A DNA stretch of 64,000 nt from IMG/VR virus record IMGVR_UViG_3300037042_002251; one strand, written 5' to 3'. Below the pieces are notes generated by a model that did not search any database, had not been told where the DNA came from, and saw only the letters and a list, made by a program, of their open reading frames with translations. Each line of letters begins with the position of its first letter. The stretch's first letter is position 1. Source of the DNA: an uncultured virus (IMG/VR IMGVR_UViG_3300037042_002251) (taxonomy: Duplodnaviria; Heunggongvirae; Uroviricota; Caudoviricetes). A program made the translations under genes and the position numbers. Below are positions 45,223-53,782 of the stretch, piece after piece.

Positions 45223-46835
45223 CGACCCTAGCCCTCAAGCCGTTTCAGGCCGAGGACGTGGCGACTCTCCGGCAGCACAACTACCGGGCACTCGTCGCCA
45301 ACGCTCCGGGAACGGGCAAGACCATCATCTCGCTCACGTGCATCACACGTGAACGCGAACGGCTCATGCCTGCCATCATCGTGTGCCCCGCCTCCGTTGT
45401 GACGAACTGGTGTCGTGAGGCGAAGAAGTGGGTTCCGAACGTCACCATCCTCGCGGTGACGGAGGTGTCGAGCCGCCTTCCTCGGAACGCCCCGAACATC
45501 CTCGTCATCTCGTGGTCGCTCCTCGTTGAGCGCGTGCATGAAATCCTCGCCTACAAGCCTCGTTTCCTCATCGTGGACGAAGCGCACTTTGCGAAGGGCG
45601 AGGACACACAGAGGACCCATGCTCTCCGGGTCATGGCTCGCAAGACGCCTCACATGGTCCTCCTGTCGGGAACTCCGCTCATCAACAACGTGAAGGAGTT
45701 GGAGAACATCAAGGACATCTTCCACCAGCCGGAGGTGCCGATGATTCGGCGTCTGCTGGAGGACGTGGTGCCCGAGGTGCCCCCGAAGACCCGGTGCCCG
45801 CTGCCCATCACGCTCCGCCCCAAGGACATGCAGGCGTACAGGAAGGCAGAGAGCGAGTTCTCAGAGTGGTTGGAGGTCGAACTCCGGAAGCGCATGTCCC
45901 ACGGAGATGCCGTGGCCACGGCCCAGAGGGCGCTTGCTGCGGAGGCCCTCGTCAAGTCGGGGTACCTGCGGCGTCTGCTCGCCGTCGGGAAGGTGTTCGC
46001 TGCGTCCGATTGGATTGCCCGCGCCGTGCGCCTCGGAGAACCGGTCGTGGTGTTCTGTGAGCATCAGGAGGTCGTGATGCGTCTTCAGGATGCGCTCCGG
46101 AAGCAGCGCATCGGCTTCGTCACCATCGACGGGGGAACGTCGCGGAAAGACCGTCAGAAGGCCATCGACTACTTCCAAAGCGGGCGCGTGCCCGTGTTCA
46201 TCGGGACGAAGGCCGCGAAGGAAGGCATCACGCTCCACCGGGCGAAGCACATGCTGTTCGTCGAGCGGTACTGGACGAGCGCGGACGAGGAGCAGGCGGA
46301 GGACCGCATCCGACGCATCGGACAGACCCGCCCCACGAACATTTGGTTCCTTCACGCGACCGGGACTGTGGACGACCGCATCCAGCAAATCATCGACCGG
46401 AAGCGACGCCTCGTGGCGCAGACCATTGGGGCCGCGACCATCACGGAGAAGGATGAGGACGATGTCATCTCACTCATCGCGGCGTGGGAAGAGAAGACCT
46501 CCTCCGCGTTCGAGGGGCAGGAGACCGACCTCGGCCTCGGCAAGGCCCTTCCGCCCATCCCTCCGGCAGTCGAGACCGTGAACCTCGTGTTCAAGGGTCC
46601 GCGATGGACTTCCGGAGCGGTGAAGGCGTGGTCTGTGCTCCACGGGTTCAAGACGGGGGCCGTCGTGAACGTCGCCGGAGGTATCAGGATTGACACCAAC
46701 TCCCCGTCCATCTTTGAACCGGGAAGGTTCAAGACCGTCACCATCTCCTCCGAGGTGAAGGCCGTGGTGGGGGTACGGAAGGGTCATAGCACTCGACCTA
46801 CCCGGAGACCGTCGATTCGCACCAAGCGTCGGTGA
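45183..46835 (+). CDS. SNF2-family helicase/ATPase
   Basis: LKPFQ, PGTGKT, IVCPASV, VDEAH, LSGTP, EGITL, QAEDRIRRIGQ. Confidence 0.92.
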   Translation: MNTATTNRPGSSATTLALKPFQAEDVATLRQHNYRALVANAPGTGKTIISLTCITRERERLMPAIIVCPASVVTNWCREAKKWVPNVTILAVTEVSSRLPRNAPNILVISWSLLVERVHEILAYKPRFLIVDEAHFAKGEDTQRTHALRVMARKTPHMVLLSGTPLINNVKELENIKDIFHQPEVPMIRRLLEDVVPEVPPKTRCPLPITLRPKDMQAYRKAESEFSEWLEVELRKRMSHGDAVATAQRALAAEALVKSGYLRRLLAVGKVFAASDWIARAVRLGEPVVVFCEHQEVVMRLQDALRKQRIGFVTIDGGTSRKDRQKAIDYFQSGRVPVFIGTKAAKEGITLHRAKHMLFVERYWTSADEEQAEDRIRRIGQTRPTNIWFLHATGTVDDRIQQIIDRKRRLVAQTIGAATITEKDEDDVISLIAAWEEKTSSAFEGQETDLGLGKALPPIPPAVETVNLVFKGPRWTSGAVKAWSVLHGFKTGAVVNVAGGIRIDTNSPSIFEPGRFKTVTISSEVKAVVGVRKGHSTRPTRRPSIRTKRR

Positions 46836-46841
46836 TAGCGT
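46787..46841 (+). promoter_or_regulatory. late-class promoter
   Basis: TAGCACTC at 46787; TGA-TAGCGT with the -10 starting 49 bp later. Confidence 0.6.
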
Positions 46842-46862
46842 AGGGCCGTAGAGGTCCCACCC

Positions 46863-47522
46863 ATGAACACACTCTCCGCCTTTCACGCCGCGCAGCGCGG
46901 TGACACTTCCAGCGCCTACGGAGGCTGCGGGTGCGGTTGCAACGAGTGTGGTGAGTACGCCGGAGACTACGGCAGCAAGTACTTCATGCCGGGAGGGTTC
47001 CCCGATTGGAACTACTCGTGGTACGGGCGCGACGACTATTTGGCCGGAGGTTGCCCGGACTACGAGAAGCAGGTCCAGATTTATCTCGACCTCGCCGCCG
47101 ACTACAAGGCTCTTCCCCGGGGCTTGTTCGGAGTGAAGAGCACGAGCGACGCCAAGAAGGACCGCATCATCGAGAAGGCCAAGAAGGCGAAAGAGAAGGG
47201 CAAGCAGGCCCTCGCTGCGTGCGAGCGACTGAAGAAGAAGGGCGAGGGCAAGTACGACGAGACGACCGCCGCCATTGAGGCGGGTCGTGGAGCCGGAGCA
47301 GCCCCCACGTCGTCCGCTTCGGACGAAGCGTTCAACGCGGCACTCCAGCAGGTCGCGGCGGGTAGTGGTGGCAGCACCTCCGAGGGCGGTGGCATCGACA
47401 CCAAGACGCTCCTCATCATCGGTGGCGTGGCCGTCGTTGGCCTCGGAGCCCTGTTCGTCCTGCGGAAGAAGCCCGCCCCCAAGAAGAAGGGGGCTCCGTC
47501 TGTTCTTCCCGGGGTGGTGTGA
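46863..47522 (+). CDS. FHxAxR-leader membrane-anchored protein
   Basis: FHAAQRG...AYGGCGCGC...DYG; C-terminal TM followed by RKK. Confidence 0.8.
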   Translation: MNTLSAFHAAQRGDTSSAYGGCGCGCNECGEYAGDYGSKYFMPGGFPDWNYSWYGRDDYLAGGCPDYEKQVQIYLDLAADYKALPRGLFGVKSTSDAKKDRIIEKAKKAKEKGKQALAACERLKKKGEGKYDETTAAIEAGRGAGAAPTSSASDEAFNAALQQVAAGSGGSTSEGGGIDTKTLLIIGGVAVVGLGALFVLRKKPAPKKKGAPSVLPGVV

Positions 47523-47878
47523 TGCTGGACGAGTTGACGTGGGACTTCATCATCCGAACCGGGATGCCTGCGGGTCTGGGCGTTGTCGTCGTGATGTACC
47601 TTCTCAAGGTCATCATCCCGGAGATGCAGAGGACGTTCCGTGAGGAAATGGCGGCAACTCGAAAGACCTTCGAGGAGACCATCCGTGCGGAGCAGACCCT
47701 TCATCAGGCCATGATGAATCAGGTCACGCAGACCATCCAGAACGAAGGCGTGCAAACCCGAGCCGCGCTTGCGAGCCTCGACAACAGCACCAAGGCCCTC
47801 TCGCAGACGGTCTACAAGATGTACGGTCACTCGATGACCGCGTACGAGTCATCAATCGCGGACAAGAAGGGTGCCTGA
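47522..47878 (+). CDS. N-terminal TM plus coiled-coil protein (lysis-cassette candidate)
   Basis: One TM then a helical region. Confidence 0.65.
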   Translation: MLDELTWDFIIRTGMPAGLGVVVVMYLLKVIIPEMQRTFREEMAATRKTFEETIRAEQTLHQAMMNQVTQTIQNEGVQTRAALASLDNSTKALSQTVYKMYGHSMTAYESSIADKKGA

Positions 47879-48577
47879 TTGCCGGACTGCGCTGTAAAAC
47901 CCGGAGAAGTCGTCGTCGTCGGGCAGGACAGCCGGGCGGCGGACTGCACCGTAGAACAGGGCGCAAAACTTCGATTCTTGCTGGAGCCGGAGGCGGCGAA
48001 GGCACCGTCGCGTGGTGTGACGGAGCCCCCTACCGTATCGCCGTCTCCGACCCCAGCACCCAGCCCCAAGAGGCCCGTCATGGAACCCGTCGTACCCACC
48101 CCTCCTGTTGCGGAACCTGTCGCCGCTCCAACCCCTCCGGTCGTCGAGACCACCGCGCACACCGAGCAGCCTGCTGCTCCAACTCCCGCTGACCTCGGAG
48201 CCCTCGCACAGCAGGGTGGCGGTGGGATGACCGGTGTCATCCTCGCTATCGTGGCCGTGGCCGGGGGCGGAGCGGCTTGGAAGTTCTACTCCCAGCGTTC
48301 GGAGCAGAACCACGAACTCGCGAAGGAGAAGATGAAGATGGAGGCGCAAGCGGCGGGTCTCAACGGTGCCCAGCCCCCTCCGTGTCAGGCCGCGACCGTG
48401 ACGTTGGAGCAGAAGATTGCTGCTCTCAACACCCGGATTGACGCTGCGGAGGCCAAGGCCGAGGCTGCGTCTAAGAAGTCTTCGTCGTTCTCGGCGGACT
48501 TTGACGGAGAGGCGTTGGAGCGGAGCGTCAAGCGTCTCCAGAAGCAGGTCAAGGAACTTCAGGAGGACAAGGCGTAA
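47879..48577 (+). CDS. Pro-rich TM plus coiled-coil protein
   Basis: TTG start (alternative ATG at 48080); central TM. Confidence 0.65.
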   Translation: MPDCAVKPGEVVVVGQDSRAADCTVEQGAKLRFLLEPEAAKAPSRGVTEPPTVSPSPTPAPSPKRPVMEPVVPTPPVAEPVAAPTPPVVETTAHTEQPAAPTPADLGALAQQGGGGMTGVILAIVAVAGGGAAWKFYSQRSEQNHELAKEKMKMEAQAAGLNGAQPPPCQAATVTLEQKIAALNTRIDAAEAKAEAASKKSSSFSADFDGEALERSVKRLQKQVKELQEDKA

Positions 48578-49110
48578 TGGAACCCCTGCTCCCTGAAGCC
48601 GCTCCGGCACCTGTTCCCGAGGTTGCTCCCGAGGCTGTTGCTCCCGAGGCTCCGGTTCCCACGCCCGCTCCTGTGGAACAGGTGGTGGCCGAGCATCCTG
48701 TTCAGCCTGCTCTGACGGAGCAGGTTGAGGTCAAGTCGGACGGACCTCGGCAGTACTCGTCGCTCTACGACACGAAGGCCACGACCGTCGCGGCCATCTT
48801 GTTCGGAGTTCTCATCGTTGGTGGCATCCAGTTCATCGTCGCTCGGATGTACCTCCACGCGAAGAACGAGCAGGAGTACCTCACCCGCTTCGTGACGGCT
48901 CTCGTGGCACTCGTCATGGGCGCGTACATCGCGGACCTTCTCATCGCCGGTCCTGACACCTCGTTGCTCTCTCCGGAAGAGCATCTCACCATCTTGGGCT
49001 TCGTCAAAGATGTGTGTTTGATGGTGTTTGCGTATTTCTTTGGCACCAAGAGTGGCGGAGGTGGGTCCAATCCTCCTGCTGCCCCTGTCACCGACATCCC
49101 TTCGGAGTGA
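48577..49110 (+). CDS. three-TM protein, holin candidate
   Basis: Three hydrophobic helices ending AYFFG; directly before the endolysin. Confidence 0.65.
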   Translation: MEPLLPEAAPAPVPEVAPEAVAPEAPVPTPAPVEQVVAEHPVQPALTEQVEVKSDGPRQYSSLYDTKATTVAAILFGVLIVGGIQFIVARMYLHAKNEQEYLTRFVTALVALVMGAYIADLLIAGPDTSLLSPEEHLTILGFVKDVCLMVFAYFFGTKSGGGGSNPPAAPVTDIPSE

Positions 49111-49112
49111 AC

Positions 49113-49823
49113 ATGCCCATCGTCTACACCCCCGCTCAGCGCCACGCCATCAACTGCATCATCTCCGTGTTCGAGACCGGGCGCGTCCCGAACCCCGGGG
49201 CGTACTCGACCTGCACCATCCTTCCGGACGGAGCGGGCATCTCGTACGGGATGCACCAGAGCACCGACCGTGCGGGCAGCCTCGACAACATCGTGAAGCG
49301 GTACGCGGAGATGGGCGGCACGCACTCCGAGGCTCTCAAGGCGCTTCTGCCCTACTTCGCCAGCAACAAGTCTGCGACGGAGCCCCCGAAGGGTCCGTGG
49401 AGCGCGGAGACCACGAACGCCGTGAACCTGCTGAAGGCTGCCGGAGCGGACCCCAAGATGCAGCAGGCACAGGAGGAGGTGTTCGACCGTGACTACTTCC
49501 AGCCTGCGGTCAACCACGCGAACCAGATTGGGCTCACGAAGGCCCTCTCGCTCGCGGTCGTGTACGACACGTGCATCCACTCGGGTCCGGGTGGCGTGAC
49601 GATGGTTCGCAACATGTTCGCCGCCAAGAGCCCCGCGAACGGTGGGACGGAGGCGGAGTGGGTGAAGTCCTACCTCAACGCCCGCCGTAACTGGCTCGCT
49701 ACGCACAAGATGACCATCCTGCACGGCACCGTGTACCGCATGGACGCGCTCACCGCCCTCATCAACGAGGGCAACTGGGACCTCAAGACGCCTTTCAAGG
49801 TTCGCACCGTCACGGTCGCGTAA
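49113..49823 (+). CDS. endolysin candidate, lysozyme superfamily (GH46 chitosanase-like)
   Basis: ISVFETG, DGAGISYG, AVVYDTCIHSG, YRMD. Confidence 0.7.
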   Translation: MPIVYTPAQRHAINCIISVFETGRVPNPGAYSTCTILPDGAGISYGMHQSTDRAGSLDNIVKRYAEMGGTHSEALKALLPYFASNKSATEPPKGPWSAETTNAVNLLKAAGADPKMQQAQEEVFDRDYFQPAVNHANQIGLTKALSLAVVYDTCIHSGPGGVTMVRNMFAAKSPANGGTEAEWVKSYLNARRNWLATHKMTILHGTVYRMDALTALINEGNWDLKTPFKVRTVTVA

Positions 49824-49832
49824 GGAGACATC

Positions 49833-50024
49833 ATGGACAAGAACTTCGCCATTGAACTCGCTGTTGTCGGTCTCGTGGGCTTCGGGTTCGCGCAGGCTAG
49901 CAAGCGCATCCCCATTCTCAACGACAACACGATGTTCACGCGCACGATGCTGTACACCCTCGGGTACTTCATCGCGACCCGCCGCCCGGAGGGTGGGTAC
50001 AAGTTGCTCGGAGACGGCAAGTGA
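49833..50024 (+). CDS. small membrane protein
   Basis: AAGGAG upstream; hydrophobic segments. Confidence 0.65.
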   Translation: MDKNFAIELAVVGLVGFGFAQASKRIPILNDNTMFTRTMLYTLGYFIATRRPEGGYKLLGDGK

Positions 50025-50392
50025 TTTGGTACGTCGCGGTCGGCGTCGGGGCCCTCCTGCTTGGAGTAGGGGGCACCGTTGTCCTCACTCCGAAGCCCAA
50101 GGCTCCGGAACCCGTTGTCGTGGTCCCGAACGAGAAGGTGCAGGAGCAACTCTCGAACCTCGACATCGTGAAGCCGGTGTGCACGACGGAGTTCATCCAG
50201 CAGAACGGGGATGGACTGTGCCGTGAGATGTTCTGCTTCGCGCAGTCGAACTCGACGGTGGGTGCTGCCGGAGAGAAGGGCTGCGACGCCATCTCCAACA
50301 TCAACAACACGAAGGTCATCCTCGCGACCTGCTCCTCGCTTGAGACGCAGCCCCGCTTGGAGTGCTTCCAGACCTTCCGCGAACGCAAGTGA
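50021..50392 (+). CDS. N-terminally anchored Cys-rich exported protein
   Basis: N-terminal TM; six Cys. Confidence 0.65.
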   Translation: MIWYVAVGVGALLLGVGGTVVLTPKPKAPEPVVVVPNEKVQEQLSNLDIVKPVCTTEFIQQNGDGLCREMFCFAQSNSTVGAAGEKGCDAISNINNTKVILATCSSLETQPRLECFQTFRERK

Positions 50393-50395
50393 CCC

Positions 50396-53300
50396 ATGTG
50401 GACCTTCCTCGTTCTTGCGGCCCTTGGCCGTGCTGCGGATAGTGACGGAGACGGGCTGGACGATGCCGATGAGGTCATCGCCCACCTTCCTCCGCTCGTA
50501 GCCGACAGCGACGGGGACGGTCTCTACGACCACCTCGACCCTGACATGGACGGGGATGGGGTCCTCAACGTGGACGAGTGCAGGTCCGGGGGCGTCTCCG
50601 GTCTTGCGCTGGAGAACGGGGGGTTTGAGGAACCGGCCTACGGAGGCACAGGGTACGACCTCGTCAATGAGAGTGTCGTCCCGGGGTGGGACACGTCCGC
50701 GCCCGACAACCTCATCGAACTCTGGTACGGAGGGTTCGTCAAGCCCGCCTACGAGGGGCGTCAGATTGTCGAACTGAACGCGAACTACGCCTCCACGCTC
50801 TATCAGGACGTGCCCACGACCTACGGAGACGTGTACATCTACGCGTTCTCCCACCGTGGTCGAGCCGGAACCGACACCATGCGGTTCAGCCTCTCCGGCA
50901 TCCCAATCCGCACGGTGGCGGACGGGGCTGGAGAATGGGGCCGGTACGGAGGGGTCATCACCATCGAGGATGCGGTCACCTCGTTTCAGTTCGAGGCAAT
51001 CTCCTCCTCCTGCGGAGCATCGTGCGGAAATCTGCTCGACGCCATCTCGTTCACCCCGTCCTGTGACCTCGACACGGACGGGGATGGGACGCCCGACGCT
51101 CTCGACGACGACGTGGACAACGATGGGGTGTCCGATGCCCTCGATGTGTGCCCCGGAGAGGACGATGCCCTCGACCTCGACGGCGATGCGCTGTGCAGCC
51201 TTGACCTCTGCCCTCTCGACCCGTTGAACGATTGGGACAGCGACGGAGTGTGCGGGGACGTAGACGCTTGTGCGGGCTTCGACGACGCTCAAGACATGGA
51301 TGGCGACGCCATCCCCGATGGTTGCGACACCGACCGGGACGGAGATGGCTGGCACGAGTGGGACGATTGCAACGAGAACGACCCAACCGTCGGGGCGGCG
51401 GAGTTGTGGTACGCCGACGCTGACGCGGACGGGTTTGGGGATTTTTCCACGGAGACATCGACCTGCTACCCTCCGACAGGGTGGGTCACCGACAAGCATG
51501 ACTGTGACGACACTACCGGGGCGTTCAGTCCGGTGGCTCCGGAGACCTGTCTCGACCTCGTGGACTACAACTGCGACGGGAGCATCTCATTCGACGATGC
51601 GGACGCTGACGGAGTGTGTGGCCCGGTGGATGCTTGCCCCGGGTTTGACGACACGTTCGACCTAGACGGAGACGCCACGCCGGACGGATGCGACACCGAT
51701 GCCGATGGCGACGGAGCCGTAGACGATTGTGACGACTTCTCCGTGTCCGTAGGGGGTCCGACAACCTTCTACGTCGATGCGGACGCGGACGGGTATGGCG
51801 GTGCCCCCGTCATGGCGTGTTCGCTGCCTCCGGGAGCCGTCCCGGTGAGCGGAGATTGTGACGACAGCAACAACCTCACCTACCCGTACGCACCCGAAAC
51901 CTGCCTCGACCTCTACGACCGAGACTGTGACGGGGTGTCGTCCTACTCCGACATGGATGGTGACGGGGTCTGTGACGCCTTCGACCCGGACAAGGACGGA
52001 GACGGGTTCGCGCTGACCGTCGATTGCAACGATGCCGACGCCATCGTCAACCTGCCGGGCGACTTCTACGTGGACGGAGACGCCGACGGGTACGGAAGTG
52101 CCCTGCTGCACGCCTGCTCGGTGCCTCCGGGGGCAAGTTCGGTGGGCGGAGACTGTGCCGATGGGGAGGCTGCTCGCTACCCCGGAGCCCCCGAGACCTG
52201 CCTCGACGCGGTGGACATGGACTGCGATGGCGTCCTGTCCTTCTCCGACTTCGATGGGGACGGTACCTGTGTGGACGCGTGCGAGGGCTTCGACGATGCC
52301 GCCGACCTCGACCTCGATGGGGTGCCTGACGGGTGCGACGCCGACCGGGATGACGATGGTGTGAGCGACGACGGAGACTGCGACCCGACCGACCCGGCGG
52401 TGGGAGCCCCGAGCGTCTACTTCCTCGATTTCGACCTCGATGGGTTCGGAGACGCTCGCACCTACGTCGTCGCCTGTTCGACCCCCGTGGGGCACGTCTC
52501 CAACGCCACCGACTGTGAGGACGCTCTCTCCTCCGTCCATCCGGGGAGTGTGGAGGACTGCACGACCGAGCAGGACGACGATTGCAATGGCCTCCGCAAC
52601 GAGGACTGTGCACTCCCATCAGATACCGCGCCCACGGAGGACAGCGGAGCCTACGAGGGTGGATGGGGCTGCGGTACCCGGGTTCCGCTGGACGGGGAAC
52701 TCGTCACCATCGCGATGGTCTACGTCCTCTCCCGAAGGCTCCGTAAGGGCGCACTACCCCTCGTGGTGTTCCTCCTCCTCCCGCTGTCACGAGCGCACGC
52801 AGCGGAGCCGAACGAGATGTGGCGGGCCTCTGTTGGTGAGTGGATGCTCACGGACACGCCCGTGACGGGCCTCCGACAGGACGCAGGGTGGGCCTACGGC
52901 ACGTTCAACTACCGCTCGGACGCCGGAGTAGACACCAACGGGTTCCTCCATACCGACACGGCAGGTGGTCTCCGCCTCGCCAAGGCTCACGGGTGGCTCG
53001 GTTTCGACAGTTCGGGGCGGGATGTCCGGGCTTCGGTCGGCACGTTCTTCGGCCCTACCTTTCTCCGTGTGGGAGCAACGAACGGACAGACCTACGACGG
53101 CGACTTCCTCGTCCACGGGTCGCGTGGGTACATGGCGCTAGGAGGCCAGTACGGGGATGACTTCCTGTGGCGGATACGCTCGGGCTTCCGAGCATGGAAG
53201 TTCTCGTTGGAAGGGACGTACATCTCCGACCGTCGCAACGAGGTTCTGGTTGCCCTCCACCTCCCGTGGAGGGCGGTCTCGTTCGTGCCTACGGTCTCGA

Positions 53301-53734
53301 CAGGGTTCGGTTCCACGGTGGGAACGCCTCGGGTTCGGGCTGTCCTCTCCGTCTCCTTCCTCCCCGTTCCGGCCCCAGCCCCGGCTCCCGTTCTCCCTCC
53401 CGTCCTTCCCCCTCCTGTTCCGGAGCCCCCTCCTCCGCTCCCTCCGGTTGAGCCCCCGCCTCCGGTTGAGCCGTCTCCTGTTCCCCCGCCCGCTCCGGTC
53501 ATCGCGCTCGCCGCAGAGTTGACGGGAGCCTCGGATGCTCTCGCCGCCTTCCTCACCGGAAACCCGCGCATCGTCCTCGTTCGCCTCGAAGTTCACGCTG
53601 CGGACGTGTCTGAGACAGAGCGGGTCAAGGCGTACCTGACGGAGAAGGGCATCTCGGGAGAGAGGCTAGAGGTCGTGTTCATCCAGACTTCCGGGGCTCC
53701 GTACGTAGATGCGGAAATCGTGAAGGTCGAATAG
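50396..53734 (+). CDS. large secreted Ca/metal-binding repeat protein with MYXO-CTERM-like segment and degenerate OmpA-like C-terminus
   Basis: Signal peptide; many DxDxDG repeats; DCDD..APETC.D..D.DCDG repeats; GGWGCG-TM-RRLRK; VKAYLTEKGISGERL. Confidence 0.8.
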   Translation: MWTFLVLAALGRAADSDGDGLDDADEVIAHLPPLVADSDGDGLYDHLDPDMDGDGVLNVDECRSGGVSGLALENGGFEEPAYGGTGYDLVNESVVPGWDTSAPDNLIELWYGGFVKPAYEGRQIVELNANYASTLYQDVPTTYGDVYIYAFSHRGRAGTDTMRFSLSGIPIRTVADGAGEWGRYGGVITIEDAVTSFQFEAISSSCGASCGNLLDAISFTPSCDLDTDGDGTPDALDDDVDNDGVSDALDVCPGEDDALDLDGDALCSLDLCPLDPLNDWDSDGVCGDVDACAGFDDAQDMDGDAIPDGCDTDRDGDGWHEWDDCNENDPTVGAAELWYADADADGFGDFSTETSTCYPPTGWVTDKHDCDDTTGAFSPVAPETCLDLVDYNCDGSISFDDADADGVCGPVDACPGFDDTFDLDGDATPDGCDTDADGDGAVDDCDDFSVSVGGPTTFYVDADADGYGGAPVMACSLPPGAVPVSGDCDDSNNLTYPYAPETCLDLYDRDCDGVSSYSDMDGDGVCDAFDPDKDGDGFALTVDCNDADAIVNLPGDFYVDGDADGYGSALLHACSVPPGASSVGGDCADGEAARYPGAPETCLDAVDMDCDGVLSFSDFDGDGTCVDACEGFDDAADLDLDGVPDGCDADRDDDGVSDDGDCDPTDPAVGAPSVYFLDFDLDGFGDARTYVVACSTPVGHVSNATDCEDALSSVHPGSVEDCTTEQDDDCNGLRNEDCALPSDTAPTEDSGAYEGGWGCGTRVPLDGELVTIAMVYVLSRRLRKGALPLVVFLLLPLSRAHAAEPNEMWRASVGEWMLTDTPVTGLRQDAGWAYGTFNYRSDAGVDTNGFLHTDTAGGLRLAKAHGWLGFDSSGRDVRASVGTFFGPTFLRVGATNGQTYDGDFLVHGSRGYMALGGQYGDDFLWRIRSGFRAWKFSLEGTYISDRRNEVLVALHLPWRAVSFVPTVSTGFGSTVGTPRVRAVLSVSFLPVPAPAPAPVLPPVLPPPVPEPPPPLPPVEPPPPVEPSPVPPPAPVIALAAELTGASDALAAFLTGNPRIVLVRLEVHAADVSETERVKAYLTEKGISGERLEVVFIQTSGAPYVDAEIVKVE

Positions 53735-53747
53735 TCCGCCGGACGTA

Positions 53748-53776
53748 TTGACAGCCGAGAGGGCGAAGGGTAAACG
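53748..53776 (+). promoter_or_regulatory. sigma70-type promoter, probably leaderless
   Basis: TTGACA-N17-TAAACG; ATG 6 nt after the -10. Confidence 0.6.
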
Positions 53777-53782
53777 GAAGGC

